IMG/VR virus record: IMGVR_UViG_3300047292_000147
Span: 6,378 to 70,377 of that record
Source: a virus
Lineage: Duplodnaviria > Caudoviricetes
DNA length: 64,000 nucleotides
Direction: 5' to 3' (one strand)
Of the stretch, positions 27,819-38,010 are shown piece by piece (the stretch's first letter is position 1; each line of letters begins with the position of its first letter). Position numbers and translations under genes: made by a program. Below the pieces are notes generated by a model. That model searched no databases. It worked only from the letters and a program-made list of their open reading frames with translations, and was not told the DNA's origin.

Positions 27819-28268
27819 TTGATGTTCACGATTTACGACTCATTCACCGGAAGAATCAAACGACAGTCCTTGTCCAATGATGCAAGGCATGGAGAGGGTG
27901 CACTGGAAGGAAACTTCAGTGCATCGACTCATTACGTCAAGAGAGGAGAGGCTGTCGAGCTTCCTCCCAAGATGGCCAATGAGCCCCATTTCGACTATCT
28001 GCTTGAACGCTGGGTCGATGTCGTAGGGGTTGATCCTCGGAGTGTGCTTGAGCATAGAAACAAGCTCCTGTCTCAATCCGACTGGACTCAGCTGGCTGAT
28101 GTGCCTTTGGAAACCAAGGCTCAATGGGTTGCCTACCGACAAGCACTGAGAGACATCACAACCCAGCCTGGCTATCCCATTGATGTGGTGTGGCCTGAGA
28201 AGCCAGAAAGCACCAAGCCACTGTTTGCTCCAATCATTGTTCAGCAACCACAAGCCAAGGAGCTGTAA
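27819..28268 (+). CDS. Tail fibre assembly chaperone-like protein
   Basis: RNKLLSQSDWTQLADVP...WVAYRQALRDITTQPGYP..VVWPEKP motif. Confidence 0.75.
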   Translation: MMFTIYDSFTGRIKRQSLSNDARHGEGALEGNFSASTHYVKRGEAVELPPKMANEPHFDYLLERWVDVVGVDPRSVLEHRNKLLSQSDWTQLADVPLETKAQWVAYRQALRDITTQPGYPIDVVWPEKPESTKPLFAPIIVQQPQAKEL

Positions 28269-28816
28269 TGCAAAGCAGTTTCAAAATCGTTTCCGAGAAT
28301 CGTGACCGTAGATTTGTCACGGTCAGAGAGATTGCTGGTCTGAAGATCAGCAAAAGTCTTTACCAACCAGGTTATTGGTTTGTGACCGAGTTCCATGAAC
28401 CCACGCCGGTCAATAACCTGTCCAGCAAGCACTTCATCACCTCAGGCAAGATCACCGACAAGTCAGGATTGCTGCCTGATCGAGTGGCTGGCTGGCGCAC
28501 ATGGGAAGACACTGGCGTGGTTCCAGCAGGAACCATTGAACGGGAATCCTTGAAGGGTTGCGAGATCTGGTGCGTCTGGAATTCGGCTGTGCCTGGTGGC
28601 AGGGTGGATCATGTGGAAGTGGTTTTCCTTACTGCTGGAGAGGAATACACCGTGCCGGACCAGAGCAACATGTTTCCTGCATTTGGTTTGCTGTCGCTTA
28701 ATGGCCAGCCATTGGAAGATGAAACTCCTTATGTACTGAAGAATGGGGAAAGAGTTGTTTCTGCTGAAACAGATGCTTATTTCATGCACTGGCCGATAAA
28801 CGAAGCAACAGGTTAA
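28268..28816 (+). CDS. Hypothetical protein (tail module)
   Basis: TAATG coupling to the upstream gene. Confidence 0.6.
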   Translation: MQSSFKIVSENRDRRFVTVREIAGLKISKSLYQPGYWFVTEFHEPTPVNNLSSKHFITSGKITDKSGLLPDRVAGWRTWEDTGVVPAGTIERESLKGCEIWCVWNSAVPGGRVDHVEVVFLTAGEEYTVPDQSNMFPAFGLLSLNGQPLEDETPYVLKNGERVVSAETDAYFMHWPINEATG

Positions 28817-28927
28817 ACATGCTCTTTGTGGTCTAATACCCTCCAATCACCGGATGTCTGACTGAAGCAGGAACTTCCGACACGCAAATTTTGGATGCCT
28901 TGCATCCATAGTCGGAGATCCTGCAAG

Positions 28928-29263
28928 ATGACTGAACGAATCAAGCTGGTTCGAGGCGATACAGCTCCACAAATTCGCCTTACGTTGACTGATGAAGTCA
29001 GCGGCAATCCCATAGATCTGGTTGGCACAACCGTCACCCTGCACTTTCGTGCTGTAGGTGCTGACACCGTGCTGTTTTCTCGCCCCGCATTCATCAACCA
29101 GGATCTTGCCGCATCAGGTGTTTGCGTCATTTCCTGGGAAGAAGACGACCTGGATGTCGAAGCAGGGGATTACGAGGGCGAGATCGAAATCGTCAGGGCA
29201 ACCGGTAGCCGCGAAACGATCTACGACATCCTCAAGTTCCGAGTGCGAGAGCAGTTCGCGTGA
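28928..29263 (+). CDS. BppU-like baseplate/adaptor domain protein
   Basis: IKLVRGDTAPQIRLTLTD..PIDLVGTTV...GDYEGEIEI pattern. Confidence 0.6.
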   Translation: MTERIKLVRGDTAPQIRLTLTDEVSGNPIDLVGTTVTLHFRAVGADTVLFSRPAFINQDLAASGVCVISWEEDDLDVEAGDYEGEIEIVRATGSRETIYDILKFRVREQFA

Positions 29264-30393
29264 GCGTCAGGGGAGTAGCCAATGCAGTCCGCATTGCAGC
29301 CGTAAGGCTGAGTGCGGATGTTTCTGTTCGTCCTCTCAAGACCCTTCTGGGGGCTCAGGACGAGCGCATTGCTGCTTCCTACACCGCAAGCAACATCCTG
29401 GCTGGTATCGTTCCAGCACACACCCATGCAGCGATCGTAATATCGCCTGCTCAGTTGGCTTATGACCTGGGTGTCTGGCTGAAGCATCTGCGCTTCCAAG
29501 AGCATTTTGGTGCCATGGATCAGGCGCTGTTGGTCTTCTACAAAATCAAGACAGAAGACCTGCAGCTGACCGAGGACGTCAACTATCAGTTCTACAAGAA
29601 CTTGAATGAATCGCCTGTCTTGACCGACAAGCAGATCTCTTCAATCTCCAAGAAGTTTTCTGATGAAACTGGTGCGGTTGATCTGTACCAGATGAGCTTT
29701 GCACGCAGCCGCTTTGAGCAGGCTGGTGCACAGGATGCGTACAAGCACATCCTGAACAAGCAGCCCAACGACTTTGCCGGTGTACGAGATCTGCAAGGGT
29801 TTACCCTATACAAGGGTTTTGACGAAGCCAATGCAGTAGCTGAAAACTCACTTAGGGTTTTTACCAAGAACAACTATGAGCTGGGTGTTCTGTTCGACAC
29901 AAAGCGACTCAGCGTTTCGAAAGAACTCAACGACACTCTGAACGTCACTGATGACGTTGATGGTGCTGCATCGATTCTGGATGACCAGGAGATGCAGTTC
30001 ATCAAGCAGCGCACTGATCTTGGTTCAGTGGAAGACTCGTTTGCTTTTGCCATGTCCTACAGCCGTGCATACGCCGACTTGTATGGGGCACAGGAAAAGA
30101 TCGTTGTTGGGTTTGGTAAGTCTTTGAACGAATACGGAAGCTTTTTCGACTCGAAAAACTTCGCAGTCAGCAAAGTGATTGCTGATTCTTTTGGCTCGAC
30201 GGATCTTTTAGCCAAGATACTGAGTCGGTCAGTATCCGATAATGCTCAAATTGCAGATTCCAGATCCATTGGTTTTGGTTCTGCAAGAACAGACTCGGCC
30301 TCATTCACCGACAGTGGGTCGGTGAGAAGTCAAGGTTACTGCGACTTCACTTATTTTGCGGAAGATTTCGTCGGGGCTTCCAGAACTTTCTAA
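29260..30393 (+). CDS. Tail-associated structural protein
   Basis: Long ORF with repetitive D/S/F beta pattern, GTG start overlapping the previous stop. Confidence 0.55.
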   Translation: MSVRGVANAVRIAAVRLSADVSVRPLKTLLGAQDERIAASYTASNILAGIVPAHTHAAIVISPAQLAYDLGVWLKHLRFQEHFGAMDQALLVFYKIKTEDLQLTEDVNYQFYKNLNESPVLTDKQISSISKKFSDETGAVDLYQMSFARSRFEQAGAQDAYKHILNKQPNDFAGVRDLQGFTLYKGFDEANAVAENSLRVFTKNNYELGVLFDTKRLSVSKELNDTLNVTDDVDGAASILDDQEMQFIKQRTDLGSVEDSFAFAMSYSRAYADLYGAQEKIVVGFGKSLNEYGSFFDSKNFAVSKVIADSFGSTDLLAKILSRSVSDNAQIADSRSIGFGSARTDSASFTDSGSVRSQGYCDFTYFAEDFVGASRTF

Positions 30394-30403
30394 AGGAAAA
30401 ATC

Positions 30404-30862
30404 ATGATCAACGAAAAACTCAAACTCTCTGGTGCCTTGAGCATCGTTTTGACTGACAAAGACGGCAACGTCAAGGATTCCCGCGAGGTGAAGAACCTGG
30501 TGGTGAACACTGGCTTGGCCTACATCATCAGCCGCATGGTGGGCACTTCCAAGAGCGTCATGAGCCACATGGCTCTGGGTGCTGGTACCAGTGCTGCAGC
30601 TGCTGCTCAGACCGATCTGGTGTCGATGCTGGGCTCTCGTGAGCCTTTGGACAGCACCACGATCACAGGAACCAACCTGGAGAAGGTGCAGTACATCGCC
30701 ACGTTTGAACCTGGTGATGCCACAGGTGCTGTGACTGAGGCTGGTTTGTTTAACGCTGCTTCGGCCGGCGACATGCTGTGCCGCACTGTGTTCCCGGTGG
30801 TCAACAAGGCTGCTGACGACCAGATGGCAATCACTTGGACCATCACTCTGAGCGCCATCTAA
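30404..30862 (+). CDS. Conserved tail protein
   Basis: KNLVVNTGL...HMALGAG...GAVTEAGLFNA...MLCRTVFPVVNK pattern; AGGA Shine-Dalgarno. Confidence 0.7.
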   Translation: MINEKLKLSGALSIVLTDKDGNVKDSREVKNLVVNTGLAYIISRMVGTSKSVMSHMALGAGTSAAAAAQTDLVSMLGSREPLDSTTITGTNLEKVQYIATFEPGDATGAVTEAGLFNAASAGDMLCRTVFPVVNKAADDQMAITWTITLSAI

Positions 30863-30875
30863 GTAAGGGGATCAC

Positions 30876-33800
30876 ATGGCTACTCTCGTCCTTCGCGCTG
30901 GCAAAGGGTCTCCGCTGACCAACGCGGAGGTCGATGCCAACTTCACGAACCTGAACACAGAAGTCGCTGCAGCTGCTCTGACGGCTTCTTGGACAGGTGT
31001 CACTGGCAAGCCAGCAACGCTGGCTGGCTATGGCATCACTGATGCCCAACCTCTCGATGCTGATCTGACGGCCATTGCAGGCTTGGCTGGTACGTCTGGC
31101 TTCCTCAAGAAGACTGCAGCCAACACCTGGGCACTCGATACAGCTACTTACCTGACTGGAATCACTTCGGGTCAGGTCACAACGGCTCTTGGTTTCACGC
31201 CTTACAACGCAACCAACCCATCTGGCTACATCACAGCCAGTGCCAGCATTACTGGCAACGCAGCCACTGCAACCAGTGCAAACCAGCTTAGCGGAATCAG
31301 CGTAACTGACGCCAACGCTGATAGAGGGGTTGGGCTTGAGGTGTTGATTTCTACCACCGGGGCTACCAATTTCCCGGTCGCCGCTGGCATCACACTGGAA
31401 GCGCGGCGCAATAGCGGGTCTGGCTCAGATACAGGCACGTTCCAGCTGTTTTCGACGAATGACACCAGTGAAACTTACTCGATACGCAAAGTAACCGGGT
31501 ACACAACAGCAAACACTTGGAGCTCTTGGAGAACTTTGCTGCACAGCGGTAACTTCAATAGCTACTCACCTACTTTGACTGGGACGGGCGCTTCAGGAAC
31601 CTGGGGTATTGGTATTACGGGAAATGCTGCCACTGTCACCAATGGTTTGGTTTCAACAGGCAGTTACGCCGATCCTGCATGGTTGACTAGCGTTAACTAC
31701 ACAAAGCTGACGGGCACTGTTCCTACTTGGAACCAAAGCACCACTGGTAACTCAGCAACTGCAACGGTGCTGCAAACTGCTAGAAACATCAACGGTGTTT
31801 CGTTCAACGGTTCAGCAGACATTACGGTAGCTGACGCTACCAAGCTGCCTCTTGCAGGCGGCACGATGACTGGTGCAATTACGTTTGCTGGTGCTCAGAC
31901 ATGGCCTACGTTCAATCAAAGTACGACTGGCAGCGCAGCTACTTTGACTACTGGCCGAACCATTGCCATGACTGGCGATGTGTCATGGACAAGCGGCTCG
32001 TTCAACGGCAGTGCAAACGTAACTGGTACGGCCACTCTTGCGAACAGCGGTGTCACTGCTGGCACCTACGGCAGCGCAACCAACATTCCGCAGTTTGCTG
32101 TAGACGCAAAAGGCCGGGTCACTTCAGTTTCAAACGTCGCTGTAAGCATCCCATCTGGCTCGTTGACGTTTACCGGTGATGTAACTGGGTCCGGCTCTAC
32201 CGGATCGAGTACAGCTTTGACTCTGGCGAACTCTGGGGTGACCGCAGGCACCTACACCAAGGTGACGGTGGATGCGAAGGGTAGGGTGACTGCTGGCGCT
32301 TCTTTGGCTTCTGCAGATCTGCCTACCTACACCGGCACGATTACCTCTGCACAGATTACGACTGGCTTGGGCTTTACTCCATACAACGCGACGAACCCTA
32401 GTGGGTACATAACGAGCGCCGCTCTTTCACCTTATGCCGCTTTGTCGGGCGCTACTTTTACCGGGGCAATCGTCGTCCCCGGAGAATCGCGTTTCTACAG
32501 CGGGACTTACGTTGACCCTGATTCTGGCGTTGGTCGCGCTATTAAGATTGGAGCGCTTGGTATTGCAGTTCTTGGTGGCGTCAAAACTGACACCCTTAAC
32601 TCTACTGGCGCGATCACTCAGAACGGAAGCCAGGTTCTCACCGCAGGCAATTACAACTCGTACAGCCCAACGCTAACAGGCACGGGCGCATCGGGTAGTT
32701 GGGGTATTTCGGTTACTGGCTCATCGGCTTCGACGACAGGCAACGCAGCTACAGCTACTGCTCTTCAAACCGCTCGCACGATTGGTGGCGTGTCGTTCAA
32801 CGGCACCGCGAACATCAACTTGCCGGGTGTCAATGCCGCTGGGAACCAGAACACGACAGGCACCGCAGCCGGACTGACCGATAACAGTTCTTGGATGTTG
32901 AACCGTGGCAGCGTCGCCGCTGCAAGCATTGATACTGCAACGCTGAACGGGTTCTACACCCAAACCAACGCAAGCGACAGTCAGGGCGTTTTGGTCTTCA
33001 ACTCCGGAGGTTCTCTTGGGCCTCTGCAGATGACGTTCACCTATGGTGGACTCATGCAGTTTCGAGGTAAGACCGATTCAACCACATGGACCCCATGGAA
33101 GACGGTCGTTACAAGCGCGAACGTCAGCACTTATGCGCTACCAATTAGCGGCGGCACGCTGACTGGCGCTTACCTTGATTTCAGCAACACCAGCCCGTCG
33201 CTGCGGATCACATCCGGCCCTGGCACGTTCTATATCGGTGACGATGACATCGTGAACCTTGGCAGTGGCGCTGTTGTGGCCACACCTTCGTCAAGAATCA
33301 GCTCCGGTGTGTCAATTTTTAGTACGCACGCTTACGCTACCGGGCAAGGGGATAACAAAACACATTTTGGCTACTACAACGGCAGTAGCTATGTGAACTA
33401 CATCCGTGGTGCTGCAACGTACTTTGACTCCGGTACGCTTCAAATTGCTGGCAACCAGGCTCTCCACGCTGGAAACTACAACAGCTATTCGCCTACCCTG
33501 ACCGGCACCGGAGCTTCTGGCACTTGGGGCATCTCTATTACCGGCAACTCGACATACGCTGCCAACTCATCAAAGCTGTACTCGACTGACAGCAGCTACG
33601 CATATGGCGGAAGCAACCCCTACTACGGCTATTTGACGTTCGATGGCTCGCGGTGGCTTTTCCAGGTGTCGCCTGGAACGCCTGCTGCTGTTCGAGTTGC
33701 TTACGCAGATTCTGCTGGTTCAGTATCTGGCGGACTTACCACAAGCAACTACAGCTCTTACGCTCTGCCCTTGAGTGGCGGCACTTTGAGTGGAGACGTC

Positions 33801-35924
33801 ACATTCGGTAGCAGCAACACGTACTTTGGCGGCTCTGTCTACCTGCGAGCAAACACAGCATTTAGCTTCTTGACCAACAGTGGTAGCGCTCAGAACGGAC
33901 GATTCAATGGAATTCAGGTAAGCGACTCGTACTCCGGGACCATACCAGCAAACGGCATTCTGTTTGGAACAGACACACAGCTTGCGCGCAGCGGTGCAAA
34001 CGCCCTGACTCTTGGTGGAAGCCTCACATCCACTGGGATGGTGTCGTCGGGTGGCTTTGGCAATACTGACGCTGGCATCCGCATTGCCAACCCTGGCGGT
34101 GCCGCTTACTCGACGCAATCTGGCACGGTAACTGGTGCCATCAAGATTCGCTTGCCTGTCGCGGCTCTTGGCAGCAATACGATGCTGAGCTTCCGTGTTC
34201 GCGTGTACCAATACACAGCCGGACTGACCCAAGAATTCATCATTGCTGGATACAACTACGGCGATAGCGCAGCTACTTGGTACAACGTCTCAGCAATTGG
34301 CATTTCCGACAACGCAAGTGATTTTCTTGTTCGCTTCGGAAAAGACGGCTCTTCTCAATGCGTCTATATTGGCGAACTGAACAGCTCCTGGTCATACCCG
34401 CAAGTCCACGTTACCGATTTTACAGGCGGCTACTCGAGTACGGCTTACTCCACGTGGGCAACCGGATGGAGCATTTCGTTCGAGTCATCCACGTTTGCAG
34501 GCGTGACGAACTCTCGCACTGCTTACCGGGGGATTTCACCGTCAAACATTGGCAGCTACGCTCTGCCACTGAGCGGTGGAACAGTCAACGGTGTTGTCCG
34601 CGTCAACAACCAGCTTCAGGTCGGCCAAAACACCAACGGCACGGCGTACATCGACGCGTTTGGCGGGATTGCTCGATTTAGCAGAGACAACACCGCATAC
34701 GGCTTGCATCTTGACGGCAACAACTATGCGTCGCTTGTTAACGCAAATGGCTATGTGACTATCGGCCCCCTGAACACGTCGCACAGCCACTTTCAAACGG
34801 ACCGACCTTCGTTCTACTTCAATAAAGATGTATTGGTAGACGGCCAGTTGTATCGGTACAGCGGCAACCTTCCGTACCTGCACAGCGGCAACTACACCAG
34901 CTACAGCTCGTTTATTGGTGCAGTGACATCGGGCGGGAACAACGGCTTTCGCAACGACGTCTACTACGGTGGGGTACGCAACCCAATCTGGTCGTTTGGA
35001 AACGCAACTACATACGGCATCAGCTACTTTCAAGGTGGTGCTGGTATTGGTGGCGCAGATACATTTGGTGTTTCCGTAAACGGATCAACTTCTGCGACGG
35101 GCGTTAACTTTGCGGTTACACCATCAGCTTCATACGTCAACAACAACGTAGTACTCCACGCAGGAAACTACAGCAGCTACAGCCCATCCCTGACTGGCTC
35201 GGGTGCCTCTGGTACCTGGGGGATCAGCATTACTGGAAGTTCAGGCGCAACTCCCCTGGTAACCAGCCGCGACGGTGATCGTATTGCAGGAAACAAATTA
35301 CCCACATCCAGTCCAAGTGCGGTTCGATTCGATTTTGCGAACGCAAGCAGTGTGGCTGGGGCGGCAGGCAACTTCGCTGGGGTGATGACCTATGCTCCGT
35401 GGGATGGAACGTCTGGAAGCACTGGTGATTCTTCATATCAACTGGCGTTTACAAACCAAAGCGGCGTCAACGCCTCTGGCCCTGCACAGTTGTTGCTTCG
35501 GAACGGCATTAACTCAACCTGGAATGGCTGGCAGACAATTCTTTCGTCGAGCAACTACAGCTCCTACGGCATCACCAGGACTACTGGCTCACCTGCTTAT
35601 TACGGTGCCCGTGCTTGGGTGAACTTCAACGGTACGGGTACGGTAGCTATTCGTGCAAGTGCCAACGTGTCGAGCATCACTGATAACGGCACTGGTAATT
35701 ACACGGTGAACTTCTCAACTGCAATGCCTGATCAAAACTACGCAGCCTCAGTTGGCATTGGTAGTGCAAGTACGACAGAGGTTTCGAGGGTTGGTGCGGT
35801 ACAAGGAACTACAAGTGGTGGCGCTTCTGCCAAAGTTGCCGGAAGCGTCACAATCATTACTGGATATGGTTGGGCTGGTGGTACCCAAGACAATGCCGAA
35901 GTAAATGTCTCAATCTTCCGCTGA
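30876..35924 (+). CDS. Long tail fibre (1682 aa)
   Basis: N-terminal KGSPLTNAEVDANF, QPLDADLTAIAGL and ANSGVTAGTY fibre repeats; C-terminal ARAWVNFNGTGTVAIRAS.NVSSITDNGTGNYTVNF domain. Confidence 0.85.
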   Translation: MATLVLRAGKGSPLTNAEVDANFTNLNTEVAAAALTASWTGVTGKPATLAGYGITDAQPLDADLTAIAGLAGTSGFLKKTAANTWALDTATYLTGITSGQVTTALGFTPYNATNPSGYITASASITGNAATATSANQLSGISVTDANADRGVGLEVLISTTGATNFPVAAGITLEARRNSGSGSDTGTFQLFSTNDTSETYSIRKVTGYTTANTWSSWRTLLHSGNFNSYSPTLTGTGASGTWGIGITGNAATVTNGLVSTGSYADPAWLTSVNYTKLTGTVPTWNQSTTGNSATATVLQTARNINGVSFNGSADITVADATKLPLAGGTMTGAITFAGAQTWPTFNQSTTGSAATLTTGRTIAMTGDVSWTSGSFNGSANVTGTATLANSGVTAGTYGSATNIPQFAVDAKGRVTSVSNVAVSIPSGSLTFTGDVTGSGSTGSSTALTLANSGVTAGTYTKVTVDAKGRVTAGASLASADLPTYTGTITSAQITTGLGFTPYNATNPSGYITSAALSPYAALSGATFTGAIVVPGESRFYSGTYVDPDSGVGRAIKIGALGIAVLGGVKTDTLNSTGAITQNGSQVLTAGNYNSYSPTLTGTGASGSWGISVTGSSASTTGNAATATALQTARTIGGVSFNGTANINLPGVNAAGNQNTTGTAAGLTDNSSWMLNRGSVAAASIDTATLNGFYTQTNASDSQGVLVFNSGGSLGPLQMTFTYGGLMQFRGKTDSTTWTPWKTVVTSANVSTYALPISGGTLTGAYLDFSNTSPSLRITSGPGTFYIGDDDIVNLGSGAVVATPSSRISSGVSIFSTHAYATGQGDNKTHFGYYNGSSYVNYIRGAATYFDSGTLQIAGNQALHAGNYNSYSPTLTGTGASGTWGISITGNSTYAANSSKLYSTDSSYAYGGSNPYYGYLTFDGSRWLFQVSPGTPAAVRVAYADSAGSVSGGLTTSNYSSYALPLSGGTLSGDVTFGSSNTYFGGSVYLRANTAFSFLTNSGSAQNGRFNGIQVSDSYSGTIPANGILFGTDTQLARSGANALTLGGSLTSTGMVSSGGFGNTDAGIRIANPGGAAYSTQSGTVTGAIKIRLPVAALGSNTMLSFRVRVYQYTAGLTQEFIIAGYNYGDSAATWYNVSAIGISDNASDFLVRFGKDGSSQCVYIGELNSSWSYPQVHVTDFTGGYSSTAYSTWATGWSISFESSTFAGVTNSRTAYRGISPSNIGSYALPLSGGTVNGVVRVNNQLQVGQNTNGTAYIDAFGGIARFSRDNTAYGLHLDGNNYASLVNANGYVTIGPLNTSHSHFQTDRPSFYFNKDVLVDGQLYRYSGNLPYLHSGNYTSYSSFIGAVTSGGNNGFRNDVYYGGVRNPIWSFGNATTYGISYFQGGAGIGGADTFGVSVNGSTSATGVNFAVTPSASYVNNNVVLHAGNYSSYSPSLTGSGASGTWGISITGSSGATPLVTSRDGDRIAGNKLPTSSPSAVRFDFANASSVAGAAGNFAGVMTYAPWDGTSGSTGDSSYQLAFTNQSGVNASGPAQLLLRNGINSTWNGWQTILSSSNYSSYGITRTTGSPAYYGARAWVNFNGTGTVAIRASANVSSITDNGTGNYTVNFSTAMPDQNYAASVGIGSASTTEVSRVGAVQGTTSGGASAKVAGSVTIITGYGWAGGTQDNAEVNVSIFR

Positions 35925-35933
35925 AAGAAAACC

Positions 35934-36188
35934 ATGACTCAACGCATCATTTATCAAACAGACGAAGGCGGTGTGGCCGTCATCATCCCTGCACCAGAAG
36001 CTCTTGGTCAGTACGACATACAGGCCATCGCACTCAAAGATGTGCCTGCTGGTAAGCCATTTAAAATCGTGGATGTCTCTGACATTCCAAGCGACCGCAC
36101 GTTCCGATCCGCATGGGAGGTTGACGCCGCAGTGCTCACTGATGGCGTTGGCTCGGAGTCAGACCAGTTCCCTGAGGAGACTCCATGA
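35934..36188 (+). CDS. Tail fibre-associated small protein
   Basis: RIIYQTDEGGVAVIIP...KDVPAGKPFKIVD.SDIPSDRTFRSAWE. Confidence 0.65.
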   Translation: MTQRIIYQTDEGGVAVIIPAPEALGQYDIQAIALKDVPAGKPFKIVDVSDIPSDRTFRSAWEVDAAVLTDGVGSESDQFPEETP

Positions 36189-36418
36189 TCAGCGTTAACA
36201 TCACCAAAGCCAAAGCAATGGCCCATGACATGCGTCGTGCAGCCAGAGCAGAAGAGTTCAAGCCTCACGATGAGGTCATTGCAAAACGCATTCCGGGCTC
36301 TGCTGAGCAAGAAGCAGAGGCAGCTCGTCAAGCCATTCGCACCAAGTACGAAGGCGTGCAAGTGCAGATTGACCAAGCAGCAACACCGGATGAAATCAAG
36401 GCTGCTCTCGGCCTGTAA
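36185..36418 (+). CDS. Tail fibre-associated small protein
   Basis: ATGA overlap; ISVNITKAK..AHDMRRAARAEEF..D..IAK pattern. Confidence 0.65.
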   Translation: MISVNITKAKAMAHDMRRAARAEEFKPHDEVIAKRIPGSAEQEAEAARQAIRTKYEGVQVQIDQAATPDEIKAALGL

Positions 36419-36436
36419 ACCAACCAAGGAACCATT

Positions 36437-36793
36437 ATGACCGCAACATTTCAAATCATCGTCAACGGCATCCGCACTGCAAACGAGGGTGGCCTCACCA
36501 ACGTCATAAAGCAGGTGAGCTGGACCCTCAAGGGCACCCAGGAAGGCCAGTCGTTTGAGCTGCCTCAGGAGACCAACCTGAACCCTGTGGACCCAGAAAA
36601 CTTCACCGAGCTGTCGGCAATGACTGGCCCTGGCTTGATCGAGTCATGGCTCGAGACCGCAGAGGTCAACATGGATTCCATTAAGGCTCACATCCAGCAG
36701 GTGCTGGACAAAGAGTGTGCCAAGGCTAGTTTGACCGCCGCAGCCATGCCTTGGGCTCCTGCACCTGAGCCTGCACCAACACCCGCTCCTTGA
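36437..36793 (+). CDS. Tail fibre-associated hypothetical protein
   Basis: AGGA Shine-Dalgarno; lies in the operon. Confidence 0.6.
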   Translation: MTATFQIIVNGIRTANEGGLTNVIKQVSWTLKGTQEGQSFELPQETNLNPVDPENFTELSAMTGPGLIESWLETAEVNMDSIKAHIQQVLDKECAKASLTAAAMPWAPAPEPAPTPAP

Positions 36794-36812
36794 TTCATAG
36801 AAAGCAAGAACC

Positions 36813-37043
36813 ATGGATCAGGTTGATGTATCCCACCGGGAAATTTATGACAGGCTGATAGCTGTCGAGCAAAAAGTCGACAAGATCGACAAGGCCACTG
36901 CTGATGTGGTGGCCGCATTTAGTGCCGCACAAGGCGCTTTCGTTGTTCTCGAATGGTTCGGCAAGATTGCAAAACCAATCCTCTGGGTTGGCGCAACAAT
37001 CACCGCGATCGGAGTGATATGGCAAAACATCCGCATTAAGTAA
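36813..37043 (+). CDS. Holin-like small membrane protein
   Basis: N-terminal coiled coil with C-terminal hydrophobic helices. Confidence 0.5.
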   Translation: MDQVDVSHREIYDRLIAVEQKVDKIDKATADVVAAFSAAQGAFVVLEWFGKIAKPILWVGATITAIGVIWQNIRIK

Positions 37044-37057
37044 GAAAGGGGGTTTCT

Positions 37058-37540
37058 ATGGAACCCATCACCATGGCCCTGACTGCCATGGCTGCTGTCC
37101 AAAAGACGGTATCCATGATCAAGCAGGCATCTAAAACCGCTGACGATGTACGAAGCCTTGGCCCTTTGCTGGGTCGGTACTTCGAACAGAAACACGAAGT
37201 CTCCAAAGCGCTGAACCAAGCCAAAAGCAAGGGCGGCTCCAACATGAGCAAGGCGGTCCAGATCGAACTGGATCTCAAAGCCCAGCGTGACTTCGAAGAA
37301 CAGGTCAAAGGCCTCTTCTTCCCCAACAACATGGATGTCTGGAACTCCATCATGGTCCGTGTGGCCGAGATGGATAAGCAGGACAAGATCGACATCCAGA
37401 TTGCTCGAGACAGGGCGCGTCGAGCCAAGCAGGATCAGGAAGAACTCGTTGAGATCCTGATTGTCGTTGGTGGCATCGTTGTCATCTTTGCGCTTGTTGG
37501 TTTCGGTGTTTATCTCGTCATGTACGGGATGCAGCGATGA
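37058..37540 (+). CDS. Coiled-coil membrane protein (lysis module)
   Basis: C-terminal TM segment ILIVVGGIVVIFALVGFGVYLVM. Confidence 0.55.
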   Translation: MEPITMALTAMAAVQKTVSMIKQASKTADDVRSLGPLLGRYFEQKHEVSKALNQAKSKGGSNMSKAVQIELDLKAQRDFEEQVKGLFFPNNMDVWNSIMVRVAEMDKQDKIDIQIARDRARRAKQDQEELVEILIVVGGIVVIFALVGFGVYLVMYGMQR

Positions 37541-37722
37541 ACAAGCTCTTACTCATCATCTGCGTTATCGGTCTGACTGGATGTCAGGACCGATTCAGGT
37601 ACGCCTGCCAGGACTCAGCCAACTGGGAGAAGGAGTTCTGCCAGAAGCCAAAATGTGTGGTCACTCAGACTTGCCCTGAGCATGTCATGAAGATCGAAGA
37701 CATGAAAGGGGAAGTGAGATGA
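37537..37722 (+). CDS. Cys-rich lipoprotein (o-spanin-like candidate)
   Basis: Signal peptide with lipobox LTGC and four further Cys. Confidence 0.55.
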   Translation: MNKLLLIICVIGLTGCQDRFRYACQDSANWEKEFCQKPKCVVTQTCPEHVMKIEDMKGEVR

Positions 37723-38009
37723 ACTGGACTCCAGAACACATTGAAGCAAAGATCAAGCTGACCATTGCAGTGACGTTCTGTCTGACCATCATCACGATGG
37801 TTTTTCTGTCGATGTATTCACTGGTCTTTGTACCGCAACCCATGAATGGTATTGCTCCAGCTGACAAGCAGTTCTTTTTCTTGCTGTCGGACATGAGTAA
37901 ATATATTCTGGGCTCCTTGGGAACTTTGCTTGCCATTAAAGGCAAGGAAGCACTCTCTGAACTAAAGCCAAAGGCACCACCGCCTATCGAAGAAAAGAAA
38001 GAGGATTGA
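37719..38009 (+). CDS. Two-TM membrane protein (lysis module)
   Basis: Two hydrophobic helices and a charged C-terminus. Confidence 0.55.
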   Translation: MNWTPEHIEAKIKLTIAVTFCLTIITMVFLSMYSLVFVPQPMNGIAPADKQFFFLLSDMSKYILGSLGTLLAIKGKEALSELKPKAPPPIEEKKED

Positions 38010-38010
38010 T

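Noticed and set aside
24003-35924. Diversity-generating retroelement acting on the tail fibres
   Set aside because: No reverse transcriptase in the window and no TR/VR pair differing only at adenines; the repeats are protein-level.
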